From positions 1-51,271 of the forward strand of contig PFND01000048.1 of NCBI GenBank assembly GCA_002791805.1: a stretch of 51,271 nucleotides of DNA. The letters run 5' to 3'. Source of the stretch: Alphaproteobacteria bacterium CG_4_10_14_0_8_um_filter_53_9. Its GTDB lineage: Bacteria; Pseudomonadota; Alphaproteobacteria; UBA2136; UBA6156. A program made the translations under genes and the position numbers. Shown one piece after another: positions 1 through 9,233 of this stretch (the stretch's first letter is position 1; each line of letters begins with the position of its first letter). A model generated the notes under the pieces. It did not search any database. It was given only the letters and a program-made list of their open reading frames with translations, and was not told where the DNA came from.

Positions 1-647
1 TAGAATTGGGGACGGGCGATGTTTTCCCCTATGTTTTGCTGCTTGTGAGCGGTGGGCATTGTCAGCTGGTGGCGGTGCGCGGTGTGGGCAATTACGAACT
101 TTTGGGCACCACGTTGGACGATGCCGTGGGCGAATGTTTTGACAAAGTGGGCAAGATGCTCGGGTTGCCTCACCCGGCCGGGCCGGCTTTGGACGTGCTC
201 TCCCTTACGGGCAATGCGGGGGCGGTGGTTCTCCCGACGCCTAAAAACGACCAGACGCTGGACTTTAGCTTTTCGGGCTTAAAAACGGCCGTGCGTACAG
301 TGTTGGAGAAATCTCCGGAGGTGAAGCATGAAGATGTGGCGGCTGCTTTTACCGATGTGGTGGTGCGTGTGATGGTGAAAAAGGTGGGCCTTGCCCTTGA
401 TGCCGTTCCTGAGGCCAAAGCCTTGGTGGCGGCCGGCGGGGTGGCCTGCAACAAAGCTTTGCGCGCCGCCCTTGCCGATGTGGCGGCGGCGCGGGGTGTT
501 GATTTTGCCGTACCCGCCATGCGCTACTGCACCGATAACGCCGTGATGATTGGATGGTGCGCGGGTTTGCGCGCGGTGGCGGGATTTGACGATGCGAATT
601 TGGGTGTGGGGGTGCGGCCGCGGTGGCCTTTGGGTGAGGATTTTTAA
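1..647 (+). CDS. tsaD: tRNA N6-adenosine threonylcarbamoyltransferase TsaD (Kae1/Gcp family), C-terminal part; the 5' end lies outside the window
   Basis: ORF 6..647 is open to the window edge. The translation LLLVSGGHCQ...GECFDKVGKMLGLPHPAGPALD...GGVACNKALR...YCTDNAVMIG matches the conserved TsaD core as I know it. Confidence 0.85.
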   Translation, partial: ELGTGDVFPYVLLLVSGGHCQLVAVRGVGNYELLGTTLDDAVGECFDKVGKMLGLPHPAGPALDVLSLTGNAGAVVLPTPKNDQTLDFSFSGLKTAVRTVLEKSPEVKHEDVAAAFTDVVVRVMVKKVGLALDAVPEAKALVAAGGVACNKALRAALADVAAARGVDFAVPAMRYCTDNAVMIGWCAGLRAVAGFDDANLGVGVRPRWPLGEDF

Positions 648-648
648 C

Positions 649-1695
649 GTGTTGAAATTGTTTTTATTTTTTATGCTTCTTGGTATGCCGGCGCTTGCCG
701 AGGTGATGGAAGATGCGCCGCCTTTTGGCTTGGAAGCAGAGGCTTTGGCGGGAGCGTGGGGCCATAGTTGTGAGGTTATCCTCAAAAAACCTGCGGCGGG
801 GCTGGTGAAGACTGGCGAGGCGGCATTGGGGCGTTGGAGTGATTGGCAGCGTGTGTGCCAGGAGACAACAGGCAAGGATGCTGTGGGTGTGGTGCGGACG
901 CTCAACAAACGCTTGCGCGTGGTGTGGATGGATAAGCCTGCAAAATTTACGGCTTATTACAAGCCGATTTTGACGGGGAGCCGTGTGCGGGAAAGTAAGA
1001 ATCAAGTGCCGCTTTTGGCGATGCCTGCGCGCTTGAAAGGATGCGAAAAGGCAAAGGGTGCCGGCTGTCCGACGCGGGCCCAGATTGGGCGAGAGATGGC
1101 AGCAGGGCGGGGTGATTATGAGGTTTTGATGTGGCTGGATGACCCGATGGGGGCGTTTTTGCTGCATATCCAGGGAAGTGGGACAGTAAAGGTGCGTGAA
1201 GGGAAAACAGAGCGTTTTGTGAATGTGGGATTTGCAGGGAAAAACGGCCACCCTTATACCGCCATTGGCAAGGTATTACGGGAGCAGGGTGAGCTTTCTG
1301 GTGACATTGACATGCCCAAGATTGTGGGATGGGTGCGGGCCCATGAGGCAGATGAGCCTGAAAAAATACGGGCGCTTTTTGAGGCGAACGAGAGCTATAT
1401 CTTTTTTGTAGAGACGGCGGGTGAAGCCCCCGGGGCCATGGGGGTAACCCTTACGGCCGGGCGCAGTGTGGCCGTTGACCGCACGGTAGTGCCTCTGGGC
1501 TTGCCCGTGCTTGTGGAGACCGAGCTTAGCAAAGACGGCAGCCGTTTTAAGCGCGTGATGATGGCGCAGGATGTGGGCAGCGCCATTGTGGGCGAGGCAC
1601 GTGGTGATTTATTTTTGGGCCACGGCGAGGCTGCAGGTGAGTATGCAGGAGTGCAGAACGCGGGGGGGCGTATGGGATTTTTGGTGATTAAATAG
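649..1695 (+). CDS. mltA: Membrane-bound lytic murein transglycosylase A (MltA-like, 3D domain)
   Basis: The 550..1695 ORF overlaps tsaD, so I prefer the GTG at 649, 2 nt after the tsaD stop. It has GAGGA 9 nt upstream and gives the signal peptide VLKLFLFFMLLGMPALA. The LLHIQGSGTV, GHPYTAIGKVL and AQDVGSAIVGEARGDLFLG motifs are typical of MltA. Confidence 0.8.
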   Translation: MLKLFLFFMLLGMPALAEVMEDAPPFGLEAEALAGAWGHSCEVILKKPAAGLVKTGEAALGRWSDWQRVCQETTGKDAVGVVRTLNKRLRVVWMDKPAKFTAYYKPILTGSRVRESKNQVPLLAMPARLKGCEKAKGAGCPTRAQIGREMAAGRGDYEVLMWLDDPMGAFLLHIQGSGTVKVREGKTERFVNVGFAGKNGHPYTAIGKVLREQGELSGDIDMPKIVGWVRAHEADEPEKIRALFEANESYIFFVETAGEAPGAMGVTLTAGRSVAVDRTVVPLGLPVLVETELSKDGSRFKRVMMAQDVGSAIVGEARGDLFLGHGEAAGEYAGVQNAGGRMGFLVIK

Positions 1696-1848
1696 CGTCA
1701 AAATATTGCATGTTTTGTCACTTGCGGGGGCTTTCCGTTTAAGGTATACATATTTTGATATAAGGATGGGTCTGGCTTTGGCAGACAGAGCTCTGCCCGT
1801 CTCAACATCTAGACGTAACGTTTTTCACCGACCATGAAAGGAGATTTT

Positions 1849-2307
1849 ATGGCTGATGATTTCTCGCTTAATGTCCCTCCTTCCCGGTGGGCGGCGTGCG
1901 CCTGTTTTGCCCTTGATGCCACAGAAACGTTGGCAGGGATGCGTAGTTTTCCCGCGCTTTGTGCGTTGGAAAACATGAACTTGACAGAGCTACTCCTGAC
2001 GTGGGAGGCCCCCGTGAGGCGTGTCAACCGCACGTGGACGCAGGCTGTGATGGTGCCGCTTTTTTGTGAAGTTAAAGGGCTTGTGACGCGTGACTCTCTG
2101 ATTTGTGAGCTGTATGCGCATAACCGACTGGGGCGAAACTGGCTTGGCCTTTGGCCTTTTTTGCACCCTGAGTGCGCAGAGCGGGTGGAGGTGCAAACCT
2201 TTATTTTTTTGCCTGATGAGGCTTATGCCGCCCTTGATCACCGGGGGGCTTTGGAAGCTCTCCTTCTGGATAATTCCGCTTATTTGATACCGCCGCAGGG
2301 CGGTTGA
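1849..2307 (+). CDS. Hypothetical protein, paralog A of a tandem pair
   Basis: ATG at 1849 is preceded by AAAGGAGA. It starts MAD.. like its neighbour. The C-terminal VQTFIFLPDEAYAALDHRGALEALLL aligns with VVVFVYASPDDFKQLDDREGLEAALL of the next ORF. Confidence 0.6.
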   Translation: MADDFSLNVPPSRWAACACFALDATETLAGMRSFPALCALENMNLTELLLTWEAPVRRVNRTWTQAVMVPLFCEVKGLVTRDSLICELYAHNRLGRNWLGLWPFLHPECAERVEVQTFIFLPDEAYAALDHRGALEALLLDNSAYLIPPQGG

Positions 2308-2337
2308 TGCAGATAGGTATCATGAAAGGAAATGACG

Positions 2338-2814
2338 ATGGCTGATAATGTGCTTGCCGGGGATTGGCAGACGTGTGTGAGGATCATCTTGAAACCAGAG
2401 GAAACGGAGAGAAATTTTAAGCATCCTGAAGCTCTGGCCTCCCTTCTTGCTTCGCAGGGGAGGCTGGATAGGGTAAAATACCCGTTGCGGGAAGAGGTGC
2501 TGGATATCTTCTCTCGTGGAAAGATCATTCAACAGCAACGTGTTCTTCTTGTTCCCCTGTTGGTAGAACTGAATGTTGATCCTCTTCCCTTTGACAAGAT
2601 TGAAGAGGTATTTAGGGGGGTTGTGATGATTCTGGAAGATTCTCTTCAAAGGGTTCTCTTCCCATATGAAGGCCTTGCGGAGAGAGCGGGTGTGGTGGTG
2701 TTTGTTTACGCGTCTCCCGATGATTTTAAGCAGCTTGATGACCGTGAGGGGCTGGAAGCGGCTTTGTTGCGCGTGGGAGGATACCTGCGAAAAAAGATAC
2801 CCGATGTAACCTAA
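2338..2814 (+). CDS. Hypothetical protein, paralog B of a tandem pair
   Basis: ATG at 2338 is preceded by AAAGGAAA. It starts MAD.. and shares VPL(F/L).E(V/L) and the C-terminal block with paralog A. Confidence 0.6.
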   Translation: MADNVLAGDWQTCVRIILKPEETERNFKHPEALASLLASQGRLDRVKYPLREEVLDIFSRGKIIQQQRVLLVPLLVELNVDPLPFDKIEEVFRGVVMILEDSLQRVLFPYEGLAERAGVVVFVYASPDDFKQLDDREGLEAALLRVGGYLRKKIPDVT

Positions 2815-2838
2815 GATTGGGGAGACATCCTTATACAC

Positions 2839-2878
2839 ACGAAAGCGCCGCCTTGTGGAAACAAGGCGGCGCTTTCGT
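2839..2878. terminator. Perfect 17-bp-stem hairpin between convergent genes (no U-tract on either side)
   Basis: ACGAAAGCGCCGCCTTG (2839..2855), loop TGGAAA, then CAAGGCGGCGCTTTCGT (2862..2878). Confidence 0.5.
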
Positions 2879-2907
2879 GTGGCGAGGCTCGTTTTAGAGA
2901 AAATTTT

Positions 2908-3087
2908 CTATGTTGGGGGAAGCCACTTTTCCTGTTGCTGGGCAAGGCGGTCGATGTCTGAATCTATCGTGCCGTGCACGAAGAGGTAAGCGACAGCCAT
3001 TGCGATAGCCGCCGAGGCAACAAGAGGAACCAGCTTGTTGAGCCGTGTTGGTTGGGATGAAACGTGAGTTGTGGATGCAAGGTTCAT
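2908..3087 (-). CDS. Possible 59-aa single-pass membrane protein (below the ORF-track cutoff)
   Basis: Hand translation gives MNLASTTHVSSQPTRLNKLVPLVASAAIAMAVAYLFVHGTIDSDIDRLAQQQEKWLPPT*, with one hydrophobic helix. The SD is only weak (GGTGG). It ends at the 2839..2878 hairpin. Confidence 0.3.
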   Translation of the reverse strand: MNLASTTHVSSQPTRLNKLVPLVASAAIAMAVAYLFVHGTIDSDIDRLAQQQEKWLPPT

Positions 3088-3171
3088 GCGAGTACCACCA
3101 TAGGTTTTTTGAAGGTGGGAGTGATGTTGTGCCCGGTTTATGTATACGTCAAGAGGGGGGTCTTGGGGATT

Positions 3172-3822
3172 TTAGGAAGTAGTTTTTGACAGGCCTATTT
3201 TGGGACAGGTGGGCGCGAGCGGGCAGGTATCGCACTTAGGTTTTTTGGCGGTGCAGATGTAGCGACCGTGCAGAATAAGCCAGTGGTGGGCGTGTTTTTG
3301 GTAGGGTTTTGGGATGAGTTTCATCAGGTCTTTTTCGACATCCAATGGCGTTTTTCCACGGCTCCAGCCCAGGCGGTGGGCGAGGCGGAAGACGTGTGTA
3401 TCCACCGCCATTTGAGGTTCATCTGTCAGGGCCCCGAGCACCACATTGGCGGTTTTGCGGCCGACACCCGGAAGGGCTTCCAGCGCCTCCCTGTTTAACG
3501 GCACCTTGCTGCCGTGTTTTTCTATCAGCAAATGGGCAAGGGCCAGAATATTTTTAGCTTTGGTGCGGAACAGATTAATGGATTTAAGCGCGGTCTCAAC
3601 CTCTTCCAGAGAGAGCGCAATGAGATCTTCCGGCGCTTTAACCGTTTTAAACAAGGGGGCGGTTGCTTTATTGACGCCTGTATCAGTCATCTGCGCACTG
3701 AGCACCACCGCGACGAGGAGCTGGAAGGGGGTTGTGTAGGCGAGCTCGGTCTCTGGATGGGGGTTGGCGGCTTGCCAGATTTTAAAGGCTTCCTGGACGG
3801 GGGCTTTTTTACGGGTAGTCAT
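3172..3822 (-). CDS. nth: Endonuclease III (DNA glycosylase/AP lyase)
   Basis: Carries the HhH-GPD motif LPGVGRKTANVVL and the 4Fe-4S cluster C-X6-C-X2-C-X5-C (CTAKKPKCDTCPLAPTC). Confidence 0.92.
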   Translation of the reverse strand: MTTRKKAPVQEAFKIWQAANPHPETELAYTTPFQLLVAVVLSAQMTDTGVNKATAPLFKTVKAPEDLIALSLEEVETALKSINLFRTKAKNILALAHLLIEKHGSKVPLNREALEALPGVGRKTANVVLGALTDEPQMAVDTHVFRLAHRLGWSRGKTPLDVEKDLMKLIPKPYQKHAHHWLILHGRYICTAKKPKCDTCPLAPTCPKIGLSKTTS

Positions 3823-3831
3823 GAGAGTGAC

Positions 3832-4302
3832 CTAAAAATACTGCCAGATGAGAACCTGAGTGACGCCGAGGCCGCCGAGCAGCATGAGCAGGCGCATGCC
3901 GGCTACCACCAGCGTATCGTGCCCCACCATGATCCGCGCCAGAAGGAGCGCCATTTGAGGTGTGTACAGAAGCGAGGCGACGAGGAGGCCGCCAAGTGAG
4001 TTCCACCATACCTGAGGGGAAAGGAGCGATGCTGTAAGCCAGCAGAGGATGCCGACGGCGACAAGCACGTTATCTAACCACCAGGTGTGAACGGCTGTGG
4101 TGCGCGCGGTCTCTATACTGCTGATGGCGTTGCCGATGAGCGCGAGGGCAATGCCGAACAGGGCCAGAAACGATGCGGTATCTGCCCCGAAAAAGCTGAG
4201 GGGAGGGGTGTAGATTTGCATGAGATACAGGAGCGCATGACTGAGGATATCTGCTAGAATGTAGCCTATCCACAAGGCTGGCAGGATCATTAACCACCAC
4301 AT
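3832..4302 (-). CDS. Integral membrane protein of unknown function
   Basis: Multi-helix hydrophobic translation. I prefer the ATG at 4302 because it forms a TAATG stop/start overlap with the epimerase gene upstream. Confidence 0.55.
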   Translation of the reverse strand: MWWLMILPALWIGYILADILSHALLYLMQIYTPPLSFFGADTASFLALFGIALALIGNAISSIETARTTAVHTWWLDNVLVAVGILCWLTASLLSPQVWWNSLGGLLVASLLYTPQMALLLARIMVGHDTLVVAGMRLLMLLGGLGVTQVLIWQYF

Positions 4303-5297
4303 TAGGCAGGGGTGCCCGTTTTGTAGGTTTGATACCATGTGGCCATGTTTTTAAGGCCCTCTGCCAGTGGTGTGGCGGGTGCCCAGCCGATGGCGGCCTT
4401 CAACTTTTCGGTGTTGGCGGAGGTGCGGTAGACCTCGGTGGGGGGCCACGGCTGGTTATCTATGAACGCCTCTTTACCTAGAACGCTTGCGAGGGTTTGG
4501 ACAAAATCGGTCATTTGCACGGGGTTTTGATTGCCGAGATTAAAGACCTCCGGCGTGGGCTGCGGGCCGCGCGCAATGAGGCCTGTGATGCCTTTGACGA
4601 TATCATCAATATAGGTGAAATCGCGCCAGAGATCTCCGCTGTTGAAGAGGGGAATTTTGTCTCCGTTCATGATTTTTTCTGTGAACATGAGGGGGGTCAT
4701 ATCGGGTCTTCCCCATGGGCCGTACACTGTGAAAAACCGCAGGCCTGTGCAGGAGATACCAAACTGGGTTTGCCATGCGTGGGACAGCGCTTCATCCGCC
4801 ACTTTGGTGGCGGCATAGAGGCTTACGGGTTTGCTGGTATCGGCATCTTCGGCACAGCTGCCCTCTTTTGAAATATGCCCGTACACGCTGGAGCTGCTGG
4901 CATAGAGGAGCTGGGTGAGGTGCTTTTGCTCGTGAAGCTCTTTGGCTGCCATGAGGATATTAAAATGGCCGATGAGGTTACTTTGCAGATACGCATCCTG
5001 ATTGAGCAGACCATACCGCACGCCTGCCTGAGCCCCTAAATGCACGATGAGACCGGGGGTGTGTTTGCGCGTGATGGCGAGGAGGGCCTCCCGATCTGCG
5101 AAATCGGCCTTGTAAAAGGTGAAGTTGTTACCGCCTTCTTTCTCCAGCACCTTGAGGCGGGCGTGTTTGAGATTTGTATCGTAATAATCATTCATATTAT
5201 CCAGCCCGATAATGGTGTGGCCAGCATCTAATAACTGGCGGGCAAGGGACATGCCAATAAAGCCTGCGGCACCTGTGATGAGAATGGTTTTGGACAT
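4302..5297 (-). CDS. NAD-dependent sugar-nucleotide epimerase (UDP-glucuronate 4-epimerase-like SDR)
   Basis: Has the N-terminal GAAGFIG Rossmann motif and the YAATK (YxxxK) catalytic motif. Length and overall pattern fit extended SDR epimerases. Confidence 0.8.
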   Translation of the reverse strand: MSKTILITGAAGFIGMSLARQLLDAGHTIIGLDNMNDYYDTNLKHARLKVLEKEGGNNFTFYKADFADREALLAITRKHTPGLIVHLGAQAGVRYGLLNQDAYLQSNLIGHFNILMAAKELHEQKHLTQLLYASSSSVYGHISKEGSCAEDADTSKPVSLYAATKVADEALSHAWQTQFGISCTGLRFFTVYGPWGRPDMTPLMFTEKIMNGDKIPLFNSGDLWRDFTYIDDIVKGITGLIARGPQPTPEVFNLGNQNPVQMTDFVQTLASVLGKEAFIDNQPWPPTEVYRTSANTEKLKAAIGWAPATPLAEGLKNMATWYQTYKTGTPA

Positions 5298-5315
5298 GAT
5301 AAGACCCTTTTTTAT

Positions 5316-6230
5316 TTAGGCGGTACGAGGTTCTTCGCGGCGTTCGTGCTCGGCCGCCATTTGATGCACGAAGGAAAGCAGGCGCGGGGCGATATACTCA
5401 TCTTTGAGTGCAAAGTGCAGATTGGCCATTTGGAAGCCGACTTTATCGCCGCAATCGAACCGCTTAGCGTTGCTGATGAGGGCGCTGTAGCCTTCTGCTT
5501 CGCAGACGTGGGTCATGGCGTCGGTCAGCTGGATTTCTCCCCCGGCGCCGATGGCCCCTTTGGCAAGCTGCTGCATGTGTGCGGGGGTAAGAATATAACG
5601 ACCGACGATGCCGAGGCGGCTGGGTGCGTCTTCTGCTTTAGGCTTTTCCACAAACCCTGCAACAGATACGTGGCGGCCGCTTATGGCGCCTGCGGGTTTG
5701 ATGATACCGTAGTTTTTGGTGCGCTCCTCGGGGACTTCTTCACACAGGACGACACTTTTGCCTGTTTCTTCATAGAGTTTGACCATCTCGGACAGAGTGT
5801 GTTCCCCGCTTTTTTCTGCCAGAATATCATCCGGGAGGAGGACCGCGAACGGTTCATCCTGCGTGATGCCCGAGGCACAATGCACGGCATGCCCAAGGCC
5901 CAGCGGGCTGCCTTGGCGTGTGTAATAAATTCTTACACCTTCGGGAAGCATGTTTTCCAGCTCCTCCAGCTCTTTCAGCTTGTTCTTTTTACGGAGGGTG
6001 TCGGCCAGCTCGTACGGGTGATCGAAGTGATTTTCCAGCGCATCCTTACCCCGACCTGTGACGAAGATAAGCTCGGTGATGCCGGCCGCCAGCGCTTCTT
6101 CTACCGCGTATTGAATAATAGGCTTGTGCACGACGGTGAGCATCTCCTTTGGCATGGCTTTGGTGGCAGGTAAAAACCGTGTGCCAAGGCCTGCAACGGG
6201 AAAGACAGCTTTGGTGATTTTACGCGTCAT
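5316..6230 (-). CDS. galU: UTP--glucose-1-phosphate uridylyltransferase
   Basis: KAVFPVAGLGTRFLPATKAMPKEML is the signature GalU N-terminus. It also has the VEKP motif region. Confidence 0.9.
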   Translation of the reverse strand: MTRKITKAVFPVAGLGTRFLPATKAMPKEMLTVVHKPIIQYAVEEALAAGITELIFVTGRGKDALENHFDHPYELADTLRKKNKLKELEELENMLPEGVRIYYTRQGSPLGLGHAVHCASGITQDEPFAVLLPDDILAEKSGEHTLSEMVKLYEETGKSVVLCEEVPEERTKNYGIIKPAGAISGRHVSVAGFVEKPKAEDAPSRLGIVGRYILTPAHMQQLAKGAIGAGGEIQLTDAMTHVCEAEGYSALISNAKRFDCGDKVGFQMANLHFALKDEYIAPRLLSFVHQMAAEHERREEPRTA

Positions 6231-6262
6231 ATCAAACTCCTCTGTGATATTTGTTAAACAGG

Positions 6263-7288
6263 TTATAGGTTAAAGAGGGTGGGTTGGCCAGATTTGTTTC
6301 GTTTTTGCTTTTCTTTCCGCCGAATCCACACGGCTGTACTTGCGACCAGCAGGATGCCTACGGGCAGCGCAAAGGCGCTGGCCTGCGCCGTGTAGGCCAC
6401 AAGAGCCACCGCCAAAAGAAGGGCGTTGAGGCCTGTAACGGCAAGGGCAAGTGTGCTGTGCTTGTACCCCAACGCTAAAAAGCGCTGAAACCAGAAGGTG
6501 TTATGTGGCACCCACGGCTTATGCCCTTCTGCCATGCGGCGGATGAGGGTGCTGGTGGCATCCAGACAGAAAACAAGTGTGATTGTGCTGAGTGGCCAGA
6601 TAACCGACCAGGTATCGTTTATGAGCGCTACGAACAACAGGCCACCGAGTGTGTAACCGAGCCATGTGCTGCCGACATCGCCTAAAAATACGCGTGCGGG
6701 ACTCCAGTTAACACGCAAAAACCCAAGACAGATACCCATAATAACCCCGGCAAGAGGTGCGATGGACGGGACGATGAGCGCAATGCCAAGGCCAATGGCC
6801 ACCCCTTCTGATGTGGCGAGGCCATCGGCGCCATCCATAAAATTATACAGGTTTACAAACCAGCCCCAGGCCAGCAGCAGAATAAGTTTTTCCAGTATGA
6901 GGGGCATGAAATCGAACAATGGCGGGAGGCAGGCGAGGCCCGCGCCTACGGCAAGAAGGTGCACGGTGAGGCGAATGGCGGGTGCGATATTATGTTTATC
7001 ATCCCACCAGCCCACAAAGGCCACGGCGAGACTGGCCACAAGCATAACGCTGATAAAGAGTTTAAAGCTCTCTACCCCTGTGCCCAAAGCTCCGCTGTGT
7101 GTAGCGAGGAGCATGGCGGGCACCCCGATAAGCGGCAACAACAGCCCCCCGCCGTGGGGTGTGGGGTTTTTGTGAAGACGGCGGCCATCATCCTCTGCCA
7201 GGAGGCCGTGCTGCTGGCAAAAACGAATGGCAAACGGTGAACATAACATGGTAAGTAAAAAGGGGAGAAGGAGCCAAAGAGCGGGCAT
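6263..7288 (-). CDS. Polyprenyl-phosphate sugar-1-phosphate transferase (MraY/WecA/WbpL family)
   Basis: About 10 TM helices and the NLYNFMDGADGLA motif typical of this family. Confidence 0.8.
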   Translation of the reverse strand: MPALWLLLPFLLTMLCSPFAIRFCQQHGLLAEDDGRRLHKNPTPHGGGLLLPLIGVPAMLLATHSGALGTGVESFKLFISVMLVASLAVAFVGWWDDKHNIAPAIRLTVHLLAVGAGLACLPPLFDFMPLILEKLILLLAWGWFVNLYNFMDGADGLATSEGVAIGLGIALIVPSIAPLAGVIMGICLGFLRVNWSPARVFLGDVGSTWLGYTLGGLLFVALINDTWSVIWPLSTITLVFCLDATSTLIRRMAEGHKPWVPHNTFWFQRFLALGYKHSTLALAVTGLNALLLAVALVAYTAQASAFALPVGILLVASTAVWIRRKEKQKRNKSGQPTLFNL

Positions 7289-7299
7289 GGGAAAATGAC

Positions 7300-8622
7300 C
7301 TACGCCTTGGAAAGAGGTTGTGGCGGAAGGTTTTTGGGAGTCGTTTTTTTATCCCTCAGTTTTTCAAACAAACCAACATATTGTGCGGCGAGACGGCTGT
7401 GCAAAAAGTGCTGCTTGACGAAGGTATGCCCGCTTTCTGCCATCTCGGCCCGTCTGTCGGGATCATCCAGCAGGACGGTGAGGGCGGCGGCGAGTTTATC
7501 GGCCTCTTCTGGCGGGGTGACGAGGGCGCTGCCGCTGCTGACCATAATCTCGGCTCCTTCTCCCCTTAAACACGCAACGGCACAGCTTTTTGCGGCCATA
7601 ATTTCAAACATTTTGCTGGGGATGAACATATTGAAATCCGGTATGTTTTTAAGACAGACCAGATTGATATCGGCCATGGCATAATACCCCCACACATCCC
7701 CCGCGGGAACGGACGGGAAAAACCGCACGTTGGGAACGCCACGGGCGTAAGCCTCCAGCTTTTCTTTATCGGCCCCCTGACCTACGAAGGCGAACACCAC
7801 GTCTGTTCTCTTGATCATCAGCCGGGCGGCATCGATAATCTGGCCGAGAGCCTGGGCCTCGCCATGGTTGCCGATATAGAGAATGACTTTGGCGAGAGGA
7901 GAGAGGCCCAGTTTCCCCCGAATGGTGGTGGCATGTTCCCGTGCGCTTTGCGCCTCTGTTATATTATCATCGGCCACACCATTAAAGACTACCCATAGCT
8001 TGGACGGCTTGATGCCCCGCGCTGCGATTTGGTGTGCGAACGATTGGGTGACGGTGACAATGGCATCTGCACGGCGGTAGAGAAACATCTCCATGCCTTC
8101 TAACACCCGATAGATAAACCCGCGCTGCAAAATACCCATTTGCAGGAAGATGGCGGGCCAGAGATCCCGCACTTCAAATACAAACTTAGCCCCGTACCTT
8201 CTGGCGAGAAGCCAGCCTGAGAAGACACAGAAAAAGCTTGGAGAGCTGGCCATGACGACATCGGGCTTTTCTCCACGCGGGGTGAAAAGATTATAAAAAA
8301 GAACGCTTGCCGCAAAGCTTACCATGCTGAGAACACGGCGAAACTTACCTTTGTTGGGCGCAATGTAAAGGCTGTGGCGACGGACGGGGATGCCGCTCAT
8401 CTCTTCTGTAAAATAGCTTGGCTTGCTGCAATAATCCTCGGGCACGATGCCGTTGGGATGATTGGGAATGGCGGTGAGAATGGTGGGATTGTGGCCTGCT
8501 GACTTCCAGTGCCGGGCAAGACCGCTCAGGCGTGCGCTGGGAGCCCCAGGCTCTGGCGGGTAATATTGCGTGACCACCCAGATATGAAGGGGGGCATCGT
8601 TTGGGGCCGATATCGGTTTCAC
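7300..8622 (-). CDS. Glycosyltransferase, GT-B fold (WcaI-like, CAZy GT4)
   Basis: The N-terminal HIWVVTQYYPPEPGAPSARL is WcaI-like. The C-terminal PSKMFEIMAAKSCAVA region is EX7E-like. Confidence 0.75.
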   Translation of the reverse strand: MKPISAPNDAPLHIWVVTQYYPPEPGAPSARLSGLARHWKSAGHNPTILTAIPNHPNGIVPEDYCSKPSYFTEEMSGIPVRRHSLYIAPNKGKFRRVLSMVSFAASVLFYNLFTPRGEKPDVVMASSPSFFCVFSGWLLARRYGAKFVFEVRDLWPAIFLQMGILQRGFIYRVLEGMEMFLYRRADAIVTVTQSFAHQIAARGIKPSKLWVVFNGVADDNITEAQSAREHATTIRGKLGLSPLAKVILYIGNHGEAQALGQIIDAARLMIKRTDVVFAFVGQGADKEKLEAYARGVPNVRFFPSVPAGDVWGYYAMADINLVCLKNIPDFNMFIPSKMFEIMAAKSCAVACLRGEGAEIMVSSGSALVTPPEEADKLAAALTVLLDDPDRRAEMAESGHTFVKQHFLHSRLAAQYVGLFEKLRDKKTTPKNLPPQPLSKA

Positions 8623-8875
8623 TAACCACCTTCTTTATCACGCTTGGGCTTGTTTGGACAGCTTTAGCGCCTCGCTTTTAACCGTCTTTTTGCACTGCGA
8701 GATGAGTGGGGCCCCCTGTATTGACAGAGGGGCCTGCTGCCCCTTACACTTACAACATAAGGTGGTAGGCGCGATTTATTTCTTCGGCACGGCGCCGGTG
8801 TGGATATGTGACCTTTTTTGGGACATTTTAAGATACCTTGACCCTGTGTAACCGTTGTTAAAGTAAGGAGGGGCT

Positions 8876-9106
8876 ATGATGAATGATTGGGAAATGATGC
8901 GAGATATACGCGATGCTTACTGGCGTGCCCGTGAGCGCGGAGATACTCAAGCGGAACAAGAGGCCTTGGGGCGTGCGGAATCTATGGGTTTTATAAACCC
9001 GGGTGCCGTAAGTGACGAGATTGTTAAAGCGTTTGGCCAGCCGTCTCTTTTGAATGTGAGAGGAGCGGCACGGTTGCGACCCACGCAGACCGATACTGTG
9101 GCCTAA
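8876..9106 (+). CDS. Hypothetical 76-aa protein
   Basis: Strong SD (TAAGGAGGGG) 3 nt before ATGATG. It is followed by the 9198..9226 hairpin. Confidence 0.55.
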   Translation: MMNDWEMMRDIRDAYWRARERGDTQAEQEALGRAESMGFINPGAVSDEIVKAFGQPSLLNVRGAARLRPTQTDTVA

Positions 9107-9197
9107 AAAGGTTGTGAGCAGCGCTTTTGGGGCTGCACGCTATATATCGTGTGCTGACGAGGTGCAGACACCGAGCTTGCCGCAACACATAGGGAAA

Positions 9198-9226
9198 CCC
9201 CCGTGGTATGGAAATGACCACGGGGG
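9198..9226. terminator. Bidirectional terminator hairpin (small ORF / dnaJ)
   Basis: CCCCCGTGGT, 9-nt loop, ACCACGGGGG. Confidence 0.7.
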
Positions 9227-9233
9227 TTTACGT

